NCBI GenBank assembly: GCA_030704615.1 | Contig: CM060731.1 | Coordinates: 20,336,001 to 20,400,000, forward strand | DNA length: 64,000 nucleotides | Direction: 5' to 3' | Source: Takakia lepidozioides | Lineage: Eukaryota; Plantae; Bryophyta | In this document: in pieces, positions 11,513 through 22,830 of the stretch | How the letters are laid out: each line of letters starts with the position of its first letter | Position numbering within the stretch: position 1 is the stretch's first letter | Notes under the pieces: model-generated | What the model saw: only the letters and a program-made list of their open reading frames with translations | What the model was told of the DNA's origin: nothing | The model's database searches: none | Translations under genes and position numbers: made by a program

Positions 11513-14305
11513 CTATGTAGAGAAGTCAATTGCAATTTCGCTCCTTGAAACATCCCAAAGACTAGCATCCAACGACATAATTTCAATCTCAGTGTCTTCT
11601 ACCTTCACTTGGCCCACCAAGAGCTCAGACACGGTGCTATTAAAATTTTCCTTGGGCACTAGAGTACACAAGTAAGACCCTACTTTCGGAGGCTGGTTTA
11701 ACACTCTAGTAATCTCCACCTTCAATTTATTTCCTCTCTGTACAGAATGATCTAGATCAATTATGAGGCGGTGTTTGCGGCCAAGCAAGTCAGCAACACG
11801 TAACATGTTACCAGCAGCAAGAGCCTTTCGAACACGGGTGGAAGACACTTGTCCTTTTTCTCGGCTGCTCCCATCAAGGAGGGTGGGGCTAGATCCGAGT
11901 GTGTCCATGACTGGGTCCACAATAGATACGTGCAAGCCATAATCTTGACACAGCCGCACTAAGTCTGATGCATCACCAGCTGCCCTGTAACCAAACCGAT
12001 AGTTGGCTCCTGCAACCCCATTTTCCCATCAAGTTACTCACCTACATACATTCTTCCACACTGCATTCACCGTATTCCCTCCTAGAAAAAAGTTCTTGAA
12101 CTTGACCATGACCACTTTCGCATTCCACTTCTGGTTGTGTCTATACAGTCCATTCCTAGTTTGCGGAAGTAGTGCTACCAAGTAGTGGTACCTAGAGTCT
12201 TGAAATCAAGAACACCTGCTAGGTTTCAGCCACGCAATATCTGCAGCTATTACCATATCTCGTGCTAGGCAAGCTTGGAAGACATCCAAAATGACTACAA
12301 GCATCAAGCAACCCTGGTAAGCCACTTAGAAAAGAAACAAAGGAATGATAAAGATGCAAATTCTGCAAGGCCCATTGAAAAGGCTGAAAGTAGTGAATAC
12401 CTGCAACTACCCCTTTAACATCTAACTCCTTGGCCAATTTCTCAACAAACTGTTGAGGGCTTAGTGAGCGGACTGTGGAGAAATCGAGAGAATACTCTTG
12501 CAAGGTCACACCTCCAAAATGCATGGCCCAAAGCCCCATCACTCGTGTCCGATCACACTTTGCCACCACGGGCAACCTGCAGCACACCCTTCCCCATTGT
12601 AAGCTGGGAAGCCTTCCTTACATAGTCTGTTCAACCTGCCTCCTAGCACAAACTGGCACTCTGACCTGACAAACTCAAACTAAGTACCCATTGTTTGAGT
12701 CACTCTACTAGTTCTTACAGGCTCTGTCATGTCCCTAGGTCTTTCCTACCACAATTCCAGGTATTCCAAATGGACTGAAAGATCATTGTTGAAGCTGAAG
12801 CCATACAAGAAGCAAAAAGCCAGAGGTATGGTGCCAGCTTCAGTTTCAACCAGAGGGTCTGCATACATATATGGTGATCTGCCAACAATTTTGGGGGATA
12901 ACCCACGATGCATCGAACTCTGCTTGGCTTGCCCACAACAGACCACATTCCACATTGATGAGTACACTAGTTCTATGATGGTCTTGTACCAATGCCACAC
13001 ATATCGCTGTTGAAGAAGTTACAGAAGGGAGGGTGACAGATGCAGCTGTCATTGCACTGCCGGTGGGACCAGAGGGGATCCCAGAAAGAGGCTGGGAGAG
13101 AAAGGAGGGTAGGAGTTTGTTGCCAAAGGCAAGAATACATAAGAAGAGAGACAAAGATAGGTATGCAAGGGTCCTTGGAGTAGGGGCGCTACCTTTGAAG
13201 ATAAGATTCACATCTTGCCTCCCAAAAACAAAGAAAGAAAGGGTCAAAACACCAGAAAAAGAGTAAAATGGCAAAAGAGAAGGGAGAAGGAACAGGGCAG
13301 GGCCTCTAGTAATCTCTGAAGTACGTGAAGAGCATATCAGTGCATCAACAGTAGCCTACCAGCTCGATCCCCATGCTGGGAGAAAGTCACCAATTGCAAC
13401 ATATGCCTGCAAATGTTTCCCTTCCTTGCATACTGCCTGAAAGATCGGAACAACCTTGCAGAAGAGCTCAATTTTATAAATAGGAAAGAGAAGGGCCAAT
13501 TTCTTACCTTGGTTCCCAACCAAGAACCTCTGCCATCCCTGAAAACGAAAGCAAAAAGGGCGTCCCCATCTCAGTCGCTCGTTCTGCCAGAGCACGATGC
13601 CCTACATGCAAGGCATCGAACTTGCCGAGTGCTACCACGCCCCCTGCATTTGCGTCACCACCCTGTTAAGACCCATCCAAATTAAAGTTATGACCTAAGG
13701 AGCATGAAACAAATACATGGTATCTGAGTATAGGTTGCCGGACTACTCAGCCCCGAGTACCCCAGAACAGGCATGCAGAACTCCAGCAATCCAAAGACAG
13801 GAGTCACATGTGTCTCCCCAATGATCGGGGGCTACTTACTCAGGTAGGTTGTATCCCCTTTCCTCTGCAAGGCTCTGACTTTCCCCTTCCCAAGTCCCAT
13901 TGCAGTTCGTAACAGAAATCTACAACCAACAACGCAGGAGTACTAAGCGTACCATGTACACTGTGGTGAGCGCCATGCAGGAATATATTTGAGAAGAATG
14001 TCCAGCTTTCATCACAGAGGTAACAGACGAACCCACAAAAAGAACTCTTGGGCACAGAGGGGCAGGTCAGACGCACCGACAACAGACTGCAAATCGCGTC
14101 CATCCTCGGCAGACAATCTCTTGTTGGACCCTTCTTTGGCCTCCCACTTTGCACTGTGGGCTTCTAGTGTACTCCTAACTACCCTTATCTTGCTGAGTCT
14201 TTCGGTACTGCACCAGTTGCCAGCTACAGTTCTTAGCGGCATGGCATTCTTTGCCATGGAGGGCACTGGGAATGCAGTGCGTGTTACCATCAAGGCACCA
14301 GCCAT
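11513..14305 (-). CDS. RIBF: Plant FAD synthetase (FMN adenylyltransferase), organellar, multi-exon
   Basis: Exons encode [19 protein letters not shown] (~13510-13642), [25 protein letters not shown] (~12400-12575) and [16 protein letters not shown]...[10 protein letters not shown] (11513-~12008). Transit-peptide-like exon at 14036-14305; start approximate. Confidence 0.9.
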
Positions 14306-15708
14306 CCAGCTAGCTTGGAATTGCTAGGCTTCGCCGCAAGATGACCAGAGAACATATTTCACTGGCATAAACATCAACCCCCCAAGTGTCAGCAACACTG
14401 ACACAATCCACTGGCAGAGCGAAGTGACTGCACCACAATGCCCACACCTCTCCCCTCTCCTTGCCCTCCAGTCTCACGAAAGAGGCTAACTGCGACAAAA
14501 GGAAAAACCTATAATCCACTTAGTCCCACTTGCAGACTGCTCTTCATTGCAAGCAGAGATCTTTGAACCATTGCACCCTCTACAATGGTCGCAGGTCACA
14601 GCCACAGAAATGTTGGCAATGCTACAGCTAGAGAGACAAAAAGGATTGAAATAGGAAACCAGGGTTTTGTGTCTAGTGCTTGCAGTGTAGATAACTGTGG
14701 AAGGCTCGTGCGCCCACCATGCGCTGAGTGGTGTTACTTAGCGAAGAGCAAAGGGTGAGGAGGAAACAAAAATGCGGCAGCGGATGCTGCATGCCGCAGA
14801 CGACCCTCCTCCATGTACTAGAATCCTCTCTAATTTCATTGCCACAAAGCAAACCCCGCACCTCATAAGGCTTTCTCAAACCTTTGTTTTGTCCTTGTTT
14901 TTAATGAAAAGGCGGAGTCCAAAATGCATTGAATGAATGCGAGGAAAAACTAAGTTACCCTCACGGAGCTTACTTTATGTCAGCTGCCCATCGATGCAGC
15001 TTGAAGGTAAATCGCTCTATCGAGAGTGCAATGTGAAAACAAAACCCAGATCACTACTACGCCAGGATCCTCCTTATATGCACACTATTGTCCCTCGTCC
15101 ATGTGATTTAACAATCGAATTAGAATGTCCACGAAGCTGAGTGAGTATGTTGGAAGATTGGAGCTCGCTTCAATTCGCGCCTTCTCTTCAGAGTTGGGAT
15201 TTGCTCCTTCCAAAGGTTCGAGCAAGTGGGTCACACACGTATCTGTGATTGTGTGACATTCCACGTAAGATTCCTCTTATGACCAGTGGTGGGCTTTTCT
15301 GTTTGTGATAAACTCACTTGAGGTTGTCCCCAGGGAAATGCTTGAGGCAAGTGTGAGGTGTGTGTGTGATCTGGTCTGTGACGTTGGCTGTTCAGTGTGC
15401 CGATCCTGGTTCGCTAAACCCGGACCTCTGAGACTTTTTCGTGGAAGAGAGCAGGATACTTGGAACATGTCCGAACGATAATGCAGGACTGGACACGCTG
15501 GGTTATGGCCGTTCTATCTTACAGGGTTTCATCAAGTTCTATCTGACCTGCTTTGAATTTATGCTCTTGTTCTTCAGTCGCAAAGTCACTATTTTTCTCG
15601 GATACCGATGTCAAGCACACTTATCCGCTGGCTGATAATCATAGAACCACCCTCCCTCTTATGAGCAGGGGGAAAAGATTTTGGCAGAAGAATTGAGGAG
15701 GGGTAGCC

Positions 15709-17112
15709 ATGGCAGCGAATACAGTACACCTAGTATCCGTGGGGAACATGCCTTCCTTTTTGGGTTGCCCTCACAAGCTTCTCCCAGGCTACGTTGCTCG
15801 TAAGACTTGCCCCGGGCTGAAAGCTTCAAGAAGGTGTGGGCTGTACACTTTGAACGCTCCTCTTCATTTTCAATACCGTAGTGCGGTGAGATTGGTTTCG
15901 AACGGCTTCAAGCCGATTGCAGGGCAGTGGAGACCAGTAGAAGAGGACCAGGTGTATGGAAAGAGGAATGAGCTAGGAGGTGAGGTGAAGAAGTATGAAT
16001 GGCCCACGTCCACCCTTGTTCAACTTGCTGGAAGTCGCCCACACTGGCAAACACTGAACAAGCCAAAACAAATGAGGAGAAGCTTTGGAACAACTATTTT
16101 CGAACAGTGGAGAATGAAGACACAGTCAAAGCAATAAGGTGAATGCCTCATATGCTCATAGACAACAGGATGCATTGATAAAATATGTAGCAAAGTAATT
16201 AAGCTCTCTGTCTTTATCCCAACACTGTGATTTCACCTGTGTCACATCTGTTGCAAGCTAGAAGAGCAGTGCTGAATCATGAACATCATGCTTTCTAGTA
16301 CTTGGGCAATGCCAGCCCAACTATAAAATGGGGGTAGCTGGCTCAACCGGTCACCTAAGGGTACCTGGGAAACTTTTGAGGCCTTTGGGAGGTTTGGGGC
16401 CACTGGCGTTGCTCATTATGGCCAGACAGTTAACCCTTTGGGGTGAAGTGACACCATAATTTACGTCTGCTTCTGCAGGAGTCAACCTTTGTGGGCAATG
16501 TGCATTGCTCCCCAATGGACAACTCTAGTGTTGGACTTAAACTGATTTAAACCCTATTGGTTAAGGGACAGATTGCAAAGAACAATGACTATTTGCCCTG
16601 GTACATTAGAGAGCTCACATAGCTTTAGATGAAATCTTGTGCAGTCTAACTTGATGTTATCTCTACCCTTCAATCATCTTTTCATCACATGTAACCAGAT
16701 GGTTTCGGGTACTATGCGCAAACAATATTTGCCTTCTATATCTTGGTGGCTTGTGAACCCCCCAAGTGAAGGGAGGTCCAGTATCCAGTGGGGATTAACC
16801 CCACAATAGCCATTGCTTGCCAAGGACAGATATCTCTCTCCCTCACACACGCTTTTCCTTGTTCTTTTCACAGGATTCAGTTTTGGTTAGGTAGGGATGG
16901 AGCTATATAATTATGGGTGGTCATGGTAGCGACTAGCAGTGCGGGGGAGAATCTATGCATTTGCAAGGATAGCTGAGATAGAGGGTGGGTGCAGATCCAT
17001 CCTTTGACGCCAGATTTCGAGCACAATGTTACCAATGAGGTTCTGTGGATCGATAGCTACAGAAAATGTGCATGGGTGGATGGTCAATTGGAGAAGCTTG
17101 AAGCATCTAGAG
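15709..17112 (+). other. Upstream exons of PPR gene 1: transit-peptide-like region plus OSB PDF-motif pieces (exon 1 frameshifted)
   Basis: Exon 15709-16138 is homologous to 21232-21593, with EEKLWNNYF in a shifted frame and a donor at 16139. Exon 16995-17112 reads IHPLTPDFEHNVTNEVLWIDSYRKCAWVDGQL. Confidence 0.65.
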
Positions 17113-17410
17113 GTAAGTATCATGAAACCTCCCTGTGGGTTTCCCTCCCTTACATCCCTAAGTTGCAGGCAGGCAATTTGATAACTATTGTCAACTATCG
17201 TAGGGTTGTCTGTTAGGGCGTACGAAGATTGCTAGTTTCACAAGCTTGTCATGGTATCCTCCTCCTTCACCAACTTTGCTTTGTCTCGTTCTCTATCAGG
17301 TGTGTCTCACAAACGTTTTGTATCTTGCCACCAAGTAAGCATAAGAGGTGGTGATTGGTAAGTAGGGATGGGATGTATGCCGTGTAAATTCTGTGTTGTT
17401 GTGTGTGCAG

Positions 17411-20332
17411 ATCCATCCTAGGGGACCAGATTTCATGCACAAGAGTACCAAGAAGGCAGTGTGGATTGTTTGCTACAAGAAACCTGCATGGGTAGATGGT
17501 CAACTGGACGCAGCTTCAGCCAAGTTGTTTGAACCAGGCATGCCCACCATGACCACTGCTCTTGAAAGAAAACCAAGAGAGGGAATGCACAAGGACTCTT
17601 TTAGCACTTGTGGGGATGTGAGGACACTATGTCGGGCAGGACGACTGAAAGAGGTTCTGCACACTTTGAACCAAGGAAGCAGTACCTTGATGGACTCAGA
17701 TAGTTATGCCTGTCTCTTGCAGGAGTGCATCAAGATGAAAGGCCTAGCAGAGGGAAAGCAAGTGCATGCCCACATCCTCCAAAGTGGATTCAAGCCAAAC
17801 ATCTTTCTACACAATGTCCTGATCAACATGTATGCCAATTGTGGGAGCATTGCGGATGCACGCCTAGTGTTTGACAAGATGTGTGAACGAGACATGTTCA
17901 CATGGAATACAATGATGGCAGGATATACCAAGCATAGGTGTGGTAGGGAGGCCATCTGGATCTATGAATACATGATATCGACAGGGGTGATGCCTAACAA
18001 GATCACATTCATTTCTGCTCTCAAGGCATGTGCCAGCCTAGGGGTTCTCAAAAAGGGCAAGCAAGTCCATGCTGACATCATCAAACTTGGAATTGCCCCA
18101 GATATGGTTTTGGACACAGCCCTAGTTAACATGTATGCCAAATGTGGGAGTGTCCAGGATGCGCGTCAATTGTTTGATAATATGCCTCAACGAAATGTGG
18201 TCTCATGGAGTGCAATGATCGCAGGATATGCTCACCATGGGTATGGTAGGGAGGCATTGGAGACGTATGACCAAATGATACGGGAAGGGACGGTACCCAC
18301 CATGGTCACGTTTGTTTGTGTTCTCAATGCCTGTACCAGCCTCGCAGCCCTGGAAAAGGGCAGAGAGATCCATGCTGCCATCCTCAAAGCTGGAATTGAG
18401 CCAAACATCATTCTGGAAAACAGCCTTCTCAGCATGTATGCCAAATGTGGTAACATGAAGGTTGCCTGTCAAGTGTTTGACAGTATGGCGCAACGAGATG
18501 TGGTCTCTTGGAGTGCGATGATTGCAGGTTATGCTCAGCATAGGTTTTGTCGGGAAGCTATACATTCCTATAAACACATGATACAGGAAGGGGTGACACC
18601 TGACCAGATCACGTTCGTTTGCGTTCTTAATGCGTGTGCAAGCCTGTCAGCCCTGAACATGGGGAAAGAGATCCATGCTGACATCATGAGAGCAAAAATT
18701 GTCCCTGATGTCATTCTGGACACTGCCCTTGTGACCATGTATGCCAAATGCGGTAGCATAGACAAGGCGGGACAAGTGTTTGACAACATGGCTCGACGAA
18801 ATGTGGTCTCATGGAGTGCAATGATCGCAGCATATGCTCAGCATGGCTGCAGTAAGGAGGCTTTGGAAATCTATGAGGAAATGATACAGGAAGGGGTGAC
18901 ACCCAACCAGGTCACATTTGTTTGCGTTCTCAATGCATGTGCTAGCCTGGGAGCACTTGAAAAGGGCAAAGAAATCCATGCTAAAATCATCAATGCCGGG
19001 ATGAAGTCAAATGTCATTCTGGAGACTGCCCTTGTCGACATGTATGCCAAATGCGGGAGAGTCAAGGATGCGCGTCAAGTGTTTGACACTGTGGCTCAAC
19101 GGAATGTGGTCTCGTGGAGTGCAATGATTGCAGGATATGCTCGGCATGGGTGTGGTAGGGAGGCTCTGGAGACATATGACCAAATGCTTCATGAAGGGGT
19201 CATGCCCACCATGGTTATATTTGTTTGTGTTCTCAATGCATGTGCCAGCCTGGCCGCCCTGGAAAAGGGCAAAGAGGTTCATGCTGAGCTCATGAAAGCC
19301 GCAATTGTGCCAGATATCATTCTGGAGACTAGCCTTGTCCACATGTATGCCAAATGTGGTAACATGAAGGATGCACATGAAGTGTTTGACAATATGGCTG
19401 AACGAGATGTGTTCTCATGGAGTGCAATGATAGCAGGATATTCGCAGCATGGATGTGGTAGGCAGGCCCTGGAACTATTCGAACAAATGCAACATGAAGG
19501 CTTCATTCCAGATGGTGTCGCATTTATATGTGTTCTCTGTGCATGTAGTCATGTGGGCCTAGTTGACGAAGGCAAACATTATTTTGATTCCATGTCTCGA
19601 GATCACAGCCTTAACCCTACAGTGGAGCATTTCAGCTGCATGGTGGACCTTCTTGGCCGTGCAGGGCAATTGGTTGAGGCAGAGGACTTCGTCAACAAAA
19701 TGCCAATTGACCCAGCTGCTCCAGTGTGGGGGGCATTGCTTGGTGCCTGCAGAATTCATGGCAACGTGGAGGTGGCAGAACGTGCAGCAAGCTGCCTTCT
19801 CAAGAGGTTTCCACAGGACGCTGCAACCTATGTGCTGCTATCGAATATCTATGCTGCGGCTGGCAGGTGGGACGATACTGCAAAGGTCAGAAAGATGATG
19901 AGTGGCAAGGGTGTCCGAAAGGACCCAGGTTTCTCCTGCATTGATGTCAATAATCAGGTGCACACATTTGTTGTAGATGACAAATTGCATCCGCAAATAG
20001 AGGAAATCCTTGTGGAGCTAAAGAGATTGGCTGGGCAGATGAAGGAAGCTGGGTACATGCCTGATACTCGCTTTGTATTGCATGATGTGGAGGAGGAGCA
20101 AAAGGAATTGTCACTTTGCCACCACAGTGAGAAGCTGGCCATTGCTTTTGGGCTCATCAGCACATCCCATGGAACGCCTCTCCGTGTCATCAAGAACCTT
20201 CGGGTGTGTGGTGATTGCCATACTGCCACCAAGTTCATCTCAAAGATTGTCGGGAGAGTAATTGTTGTACGGGATGCCAACCGCTTTCACCACTTCCAAG
20301 ATGGGGTGTGTTCTTGTGGAGATTACTGGTGA
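17411..20332 (+). CDS. PLS-class PPR-E-DYW RNA-editing factor with N-terminal OSB PDF half-motif
   Basis: Uninterrupted ORF: IHPRGPDFMHKSTKKAVW...PAWV, then 20 L/S/P motifs ending P2-L2-S2, E1/E2, PG box, HSEKLA, CGDCH and terminal DYW. Splice acceptor at 17410; first ATG at 17435. Confidence 0.95.
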   Translation: MHPRGPDFMHKSTKKAVWIVCYKKPAWVDGQLDAASAKLFEPGMPTMTTALERKPREGMHKDSFSTCGDVRTLCRAGRLKEVLHTLNQGSSTLMDSDSYACLLQECIKMKGLAEGKQVHAHILQSGFKPNIFLHNVLINMYANCGSIADARLVFDKMCERDMFTWNTMMAGYTKHRCGREAIWIYEYMISTGVMPNKITFISALKACASLGVLKKGKQVHADIIKLGIAPDMVLDTALVNMYAKCGSVQDARQLFDNMPQRNVVSWSAMIAGYAHHGYGREALETYDQMIREGTVPTMVTFVCVLNACTSLAALEKGREIHAAILKAGIEPNIILENSLLSMYAKCGNMKVACQVFDSMAQRDVVSWSAMIAGYAQHRFCREAIHSYKHMIQEGVTPDQITFVCVLNACASLSALNMGKEIHADIMRAKIVPDVILDTALVTMYAKCGSIDKAGQVFDNMARRNVVSWSAMIAAYAQHGCSKEALEIYEEMIQEGVTPNQVTFVCVLNACASLGALEKGKEIHAKIINAGMKSNVILETALVDMYAKCGRVKDARQVFDTVAQRNVVSWSAMIAGYARHGCGREALETYDQMLHEGVMPTMVIFVCVLNACASLAALEKGKEVHAELMKAAIVPDIILETSLVHMYAKCGNMKDAHEVFDNMAERDVFSWSAMIAGYSQHGCGRQALELFEQMQHEGFIPDGVAFICVLCACSHVGLVDEGKHYFDSMSRDHSLNPTVEHFSCMVDLLGRAGQLVEAEDFVNKMPIDPAAPVWGALLGACRIHGNVEVAERAASCLLKRFPQDAATYVLLSNIYAAAGRWDDTAKVRKMMSGKGVRKDPGFSCIDVNNQVHTFVVDDKLHPQIEEILVELKRLAGQMKEAGYMPDTRFVLHDVEEEQKELSLCHHSEKLAIAFGLISTSHGTPLRVIKNLRVCGDCHTATKFISKIVGRVIVVRDANRFHHFQDGVCSCGDYW

Positions 20333-21231
20333 AAATGAGCAACATGCGCAACAGGAAGCATGCCCCTTAATATTTGAAGTTGGAGGCAACAAATTGTGCT
20401 CATTTTCAGCAAAACTGAAAGAACAATGTGATGAGCTGTCCACATTTTGAGATTTTAATTCTAAATCATTCTCAGGGCTGCAAAAACAAATCTGAGCTTG
20501 GGCTTGCTCATGTTCCACCAGTCCAGCGGATTATGAACACCAAACCAACTTAGGTAGTGGCACCGCATCTCAAACAATCAAAGACTGAAAGGGCCACGAA
20601 GTTAGATGCATTGTTATCTGTTTGCTTCATTAAATTGGACCTTTACGTCGCTGTAATGGCCGTTCAAGTTTTCCGCATTGTGTCCACTTGCCATTCCGAA
20701 AGAATATATACTTACATATGATGCCAACTCTAGTTATTTGCCGACGACTGTCAGCAGAGGACACGAGCAGGGGCAAACATGGTCCCAGAACCCTGGAATG
20801 CGGAAGGTGACCTTGGAAACAATTATCCCATAGTTATTGCCCCAATGCACGCTGCCTCCGCCCTATATAAAAACTACCTGTCTTCGTACTGTACAACTTC
20901 CAAGTTCCCGGGGTTATTGAGGAGGAACCTTACGGGGCGAAAGGTGGCTGGAGAGGAGGAACTCTAAGCGGGAGGGTATGAAAACAGTTTAGCAGTTCTT
21001 TACGTAGTTTTGAAGGTTTCGGGAAGAAGAGAGAGAAAAAAGGTTGCATCGTGAGCTTGACTGCAAAGTGGGCCACTCTCTACACTTGTGTGCCTGCTGA
21101 TTGGTACTCTTGATACTCTCTTAAGAGCAGTGGCAGTTGGGTTTGGCGAAAGGGTTGGAGAATGGGCGGCCATGACTGTCTTAAGAGCAGCTTTGGAAGG
21201 GTTTGGCAGAAAAGTTCGAGAAGGAACATAC

Positions 21232-22301
21232 ATGGCAGCGCATACAGTGTGTATGGCACCCGTGGGGAATGTGCTTGCTTTCTCCACATGTCCCCAAGGC
21301 ATCTTCGGGTGTCCAAACGACATTTCATTGAGGTTTGTTTCGAACAGGTTGGAGCCGATCGGACAGCGGAGACCAGTAGAAGAGGATCAGGTTTGTGGAA
21401 AGGGGGATGCCCAAGGAGGGCAGTTGGAGCAGGAGAAAATTGGGTGGCCGTGTCCGCCCCAGGTCACATTCGACAGGGAGATTACCAGCTCAGAAAAGTA
21501 CCCGGAAAGCCAAAGTACGGTCGAGGAGAAACTTTGGAACGAAAACTTTTCTAAGCCCAGTAAATGGTGGGACAATCGTTGCAGCAGAAGCAGGCAACAC
21601 GAGGCGCTGTAATTCATCCTTGCAAAGTAATGGCCACGAACACTCTGTCTCTCTGGTCAATGCGCTCTCCCCTTTTTCCAAGGTATATCATGTGTATATA
21701 TAAGGTGGAGGTAATTTTGCAGTTCTCATCTGAAATTTCTTCCTTTCAACACAATGTCAATGCTGAGGCCTCAAATCAGTAGTTAATCCCCTTTCTTAGA
21801 TTGTTTGGTTGATTGTGTGTTGCACTGCAAGGGTATTCTGTATGCAATGTCTGCAAGTCATATTCTCCATCCCCCTCTACCTGACGAACCCATTCAGCAT
21901 AGAAATATTGTTTGGTAGAGGAGGGTGGGTGCTTGCTACGGAAATTAGTTCGTCATTGCCAGCTACTTGTAGAGGGGAAGGATCTATGCTTTTTTGTTGC
22001 AGAGGAGAACTGAAGGAGGCTGGGATAGAGCGTGGGTGCAGATCATACCTAAAAGACCACATTTCAAGCACAAAACGACCAACATGGCATCCTGGACTGA
22101 TAGTTACAAGAAACCTGGGTGGGTGGAGGGTCAGTCAGAGGAGCTGGGAGCAGCTAGCCGTTGTTGTCATGGAACGGTATGCACACTGGTGAAAGCTGGG
22201 ATTTCAGGAAAATATCCGAAAAGCAGGAATAGAGGAGTGGAGAAGTTTTGGGACGATGATGCTTCAAATCATTGTCAATGTTGGGACAAGCAAGACGAAG
22301 A
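21232..22301 (+). other. Upstream exons of PPR gene 2 encoding PDF motifs
   Basis: EEKLWNENFSKPSKWWDNR (~21525-21579). The exon from 22042 reads IIPKRPHFKHKTTNMASWTDSYKKPGWV, followed by a second half-motif EKFWDDDASNHCQCWDK. Confidence 0.7.
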
Positions 22302-22830
22302 GGTCAATGTCTATTATGTACAGCAACAAGATTCCTCTGGAAAAATTACTGCATGTCATGCATGTCATGTCTCTTTCTTCCTCTCTTTCGTCTGCTTACT
22401 CCTTATCACTATGTCTGCACAGCAACCATATTTCCATGTGTCAGATCTGTTGTCTAAACACACACACACACTCGCCTGTAGTGTTTCCACCCATTGAGCA
22501 TTGGAAGTACTCAGGGGTGAGGTGTTTGCTCGGTGTATCCCAAGGAGTAGAGTTCTTATGTGTTTGAATGAGGGCGTAGAAAGTTCTCTTTCTCCAGACA
22601 GAAATAGAGCAGAAAAGATGTGTTACTGGGGTGCGTACTAGGGACACATATTTTATATCTAAGTTTTTGTTCGTGTGAAGGTACTTTGTTGGAATTGGTG
22701 CTTAATAGTTAAAATGGTTGAGGTGGTGAGTTGGGTTTGTGTTACAAACATGTACCTTCATGCTGCCATGTACGAGGGCCAGTGATGATAACAGGAGCCT
22801 CTCCTCATGAAGAGTTTTGAGTCATGCAGG

